This document shows, piece after piece, positions 62,857 to 64,000 of a stretch of 64,000 bases of DNA. Below the pieces are notes generated by a model that was given only the letters and a program-made list of their open reading frames with translations, ran no database searches and was not told the origin of the DNA. Source of the DNA: Geosiphon pyriformis uo1 (lineage: Eukaryota > Fungi > Glomeromycota). The stretch lies in assembly GCA_016748015.1 (NCBI GenBank), contig JAAOMT010000175.1:229395-293394 (forward strand). The letters run 5' to 3'. Every line of letters begins with the position of its first letter. Positions within the stretch are counted from its first letter, which is position 1. Position numbers and translations under genes: made by a program.

Positions 62857-64000
62857 TGTTACCAGACAAAATTAGAGATATTATTTAGCATGAAATTACC
62901 CTTATAATTTCTATCATTAATTAGCATATATTATCATTTCAAATTATTACTTATTATATTAGCAAAATATCCAAAACTATTATTTAATTAATAACTCAGT
63001 TTGTACAGAACACAAATATAACTTAATTGTGATGATCAATCATGCAATACCCCGAACTATGTAACATTCAAAAGTTTGCCAAAATTTGTAGAAAGTTGCT
63101 GAAATAATTGATAGTTCACCAAAATATTTAATAGTTCACAGAAATAACTTGTAATTCACCAAAATGTAGCTTTAGTTCAGCAAAATTGTAGAAAAGAGCA
63201 AAGTTCAAGTTCATAGAAAAGTGTTACAACAAATTGTATAAAAGAAGAGCTTCTCTCTTTGAGAAAATATATCTTACTTTAGATTTATCACTTAGAACCA
63301 TTCCTATACACACAAAAAAAAATAAATATCAAATAATTTGAAAAAACCAAATTTTTTAATTATTGCACTTGGAAAATCCTCAAAACCCAACTGACATTTT
63401 GAAATTGATTAGCTACCAATTTCAGTAAACTGTTAGTGACTCCAGGCCTGGATAGAAAACGTTTCCCTTGACAAAATTCTATTTTTTTTACAATTTTTTT
63501 ATTTTCTTGTATTTTCTTATTACAATCATTAGGATAGCCTACAGACAAGATTCGTTGACTTTCACAGCAAAATAACTACACATTTTTAGTGAGCTTCCAG
63601 ACAAACAATTCCTGGAAAAGAGTTGACATTTACTACAACATAACTACATAAAATAACTGGCAAGGAATTGGCCATTCCACTTATAAGCCCAGCAGTTCGA
63701 ATTATAGGAGATAATTTGAAAGGATAGATTCAGTTATCGGAGGTTCAAACACTTCCCATAGTCGTGAATTAACAGCATTCCAACAAACATATAAGAGCTA
63801 AGAAAAAACCAAAGACCTTTGGTAATATTTGGTGCTCTTCCACAGAAACAACACAGCAAAAACAACTTCAAAGTGGCAACCACACCAGATACAACAACTC
63901 TAGAGTATTACCAGTCAATTTACACCCACTGCAAGCAAAGATTCAACATCTCAGACGGAATTGAAGTTATCAAAAAATCAGTATACCAATATATTGAAAA
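62857..64000 (+). mobile_element. LTR family A, copy 2 (5' LTR 62857-63827, PBS at 63830, gag start; runs off the right edge)
   Basis: TGTTACCAGA...TTTGGTAATA then TT TGGTGCTC. Inverted homologue of ~736-1886. Confidence 0.88.

Noticed and set aside
736-64000. Giant element bounded by ~1.1-kb inverted repeats at the window ends
   Set aside because: Both ends are 5' LTR+PBS+gag of independent family A insertions pointing outward, each interrupting a different host TE.

Overview
AT-rich eukaryotic, very likely fungal, genomic DNA. The TE families and gene style suggest a Glomeromycotina/Mucoromycota-type genome, which is inference only. There is one host gene, a spliced mitochondrial ribosomal protein uS2m (MRP4-like) at 29026-30188 on the minus strand. 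The rest is nested, C>T/G>A-decayed retrotransposons. (i) Five recognisable copies of an APE-RT-RNaseH LINE with (TAA)n tails, four keeping their 5' ends, plus near-erased fossil copies in the AT-rich deserts. (ii) Three Ty3/Gypsy-type LTR families, called A, B and C here, with TGTTA...TAACA ends and 4-bp target duplications where both flanks are visible. The most unusual signal is the shared architecture of B and C. Gag-PR-(Cys-rich domain, plus dUTPase in B)-RT-RNaseH ends in stop codons. Integrase follows as its own AUG-initiated, GIN1/Ginger-like ORF. A non-env ~210-aa third ORF follows, 41-46 nt behind a conserved TATA box, and runs to a nucleotide motif shared by both families just before the PPT. 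All TE ORFs are pseudogenised. No RNA genes or CRISPR arrays were found. An assembly gap (N run) lies at 44384-44484.
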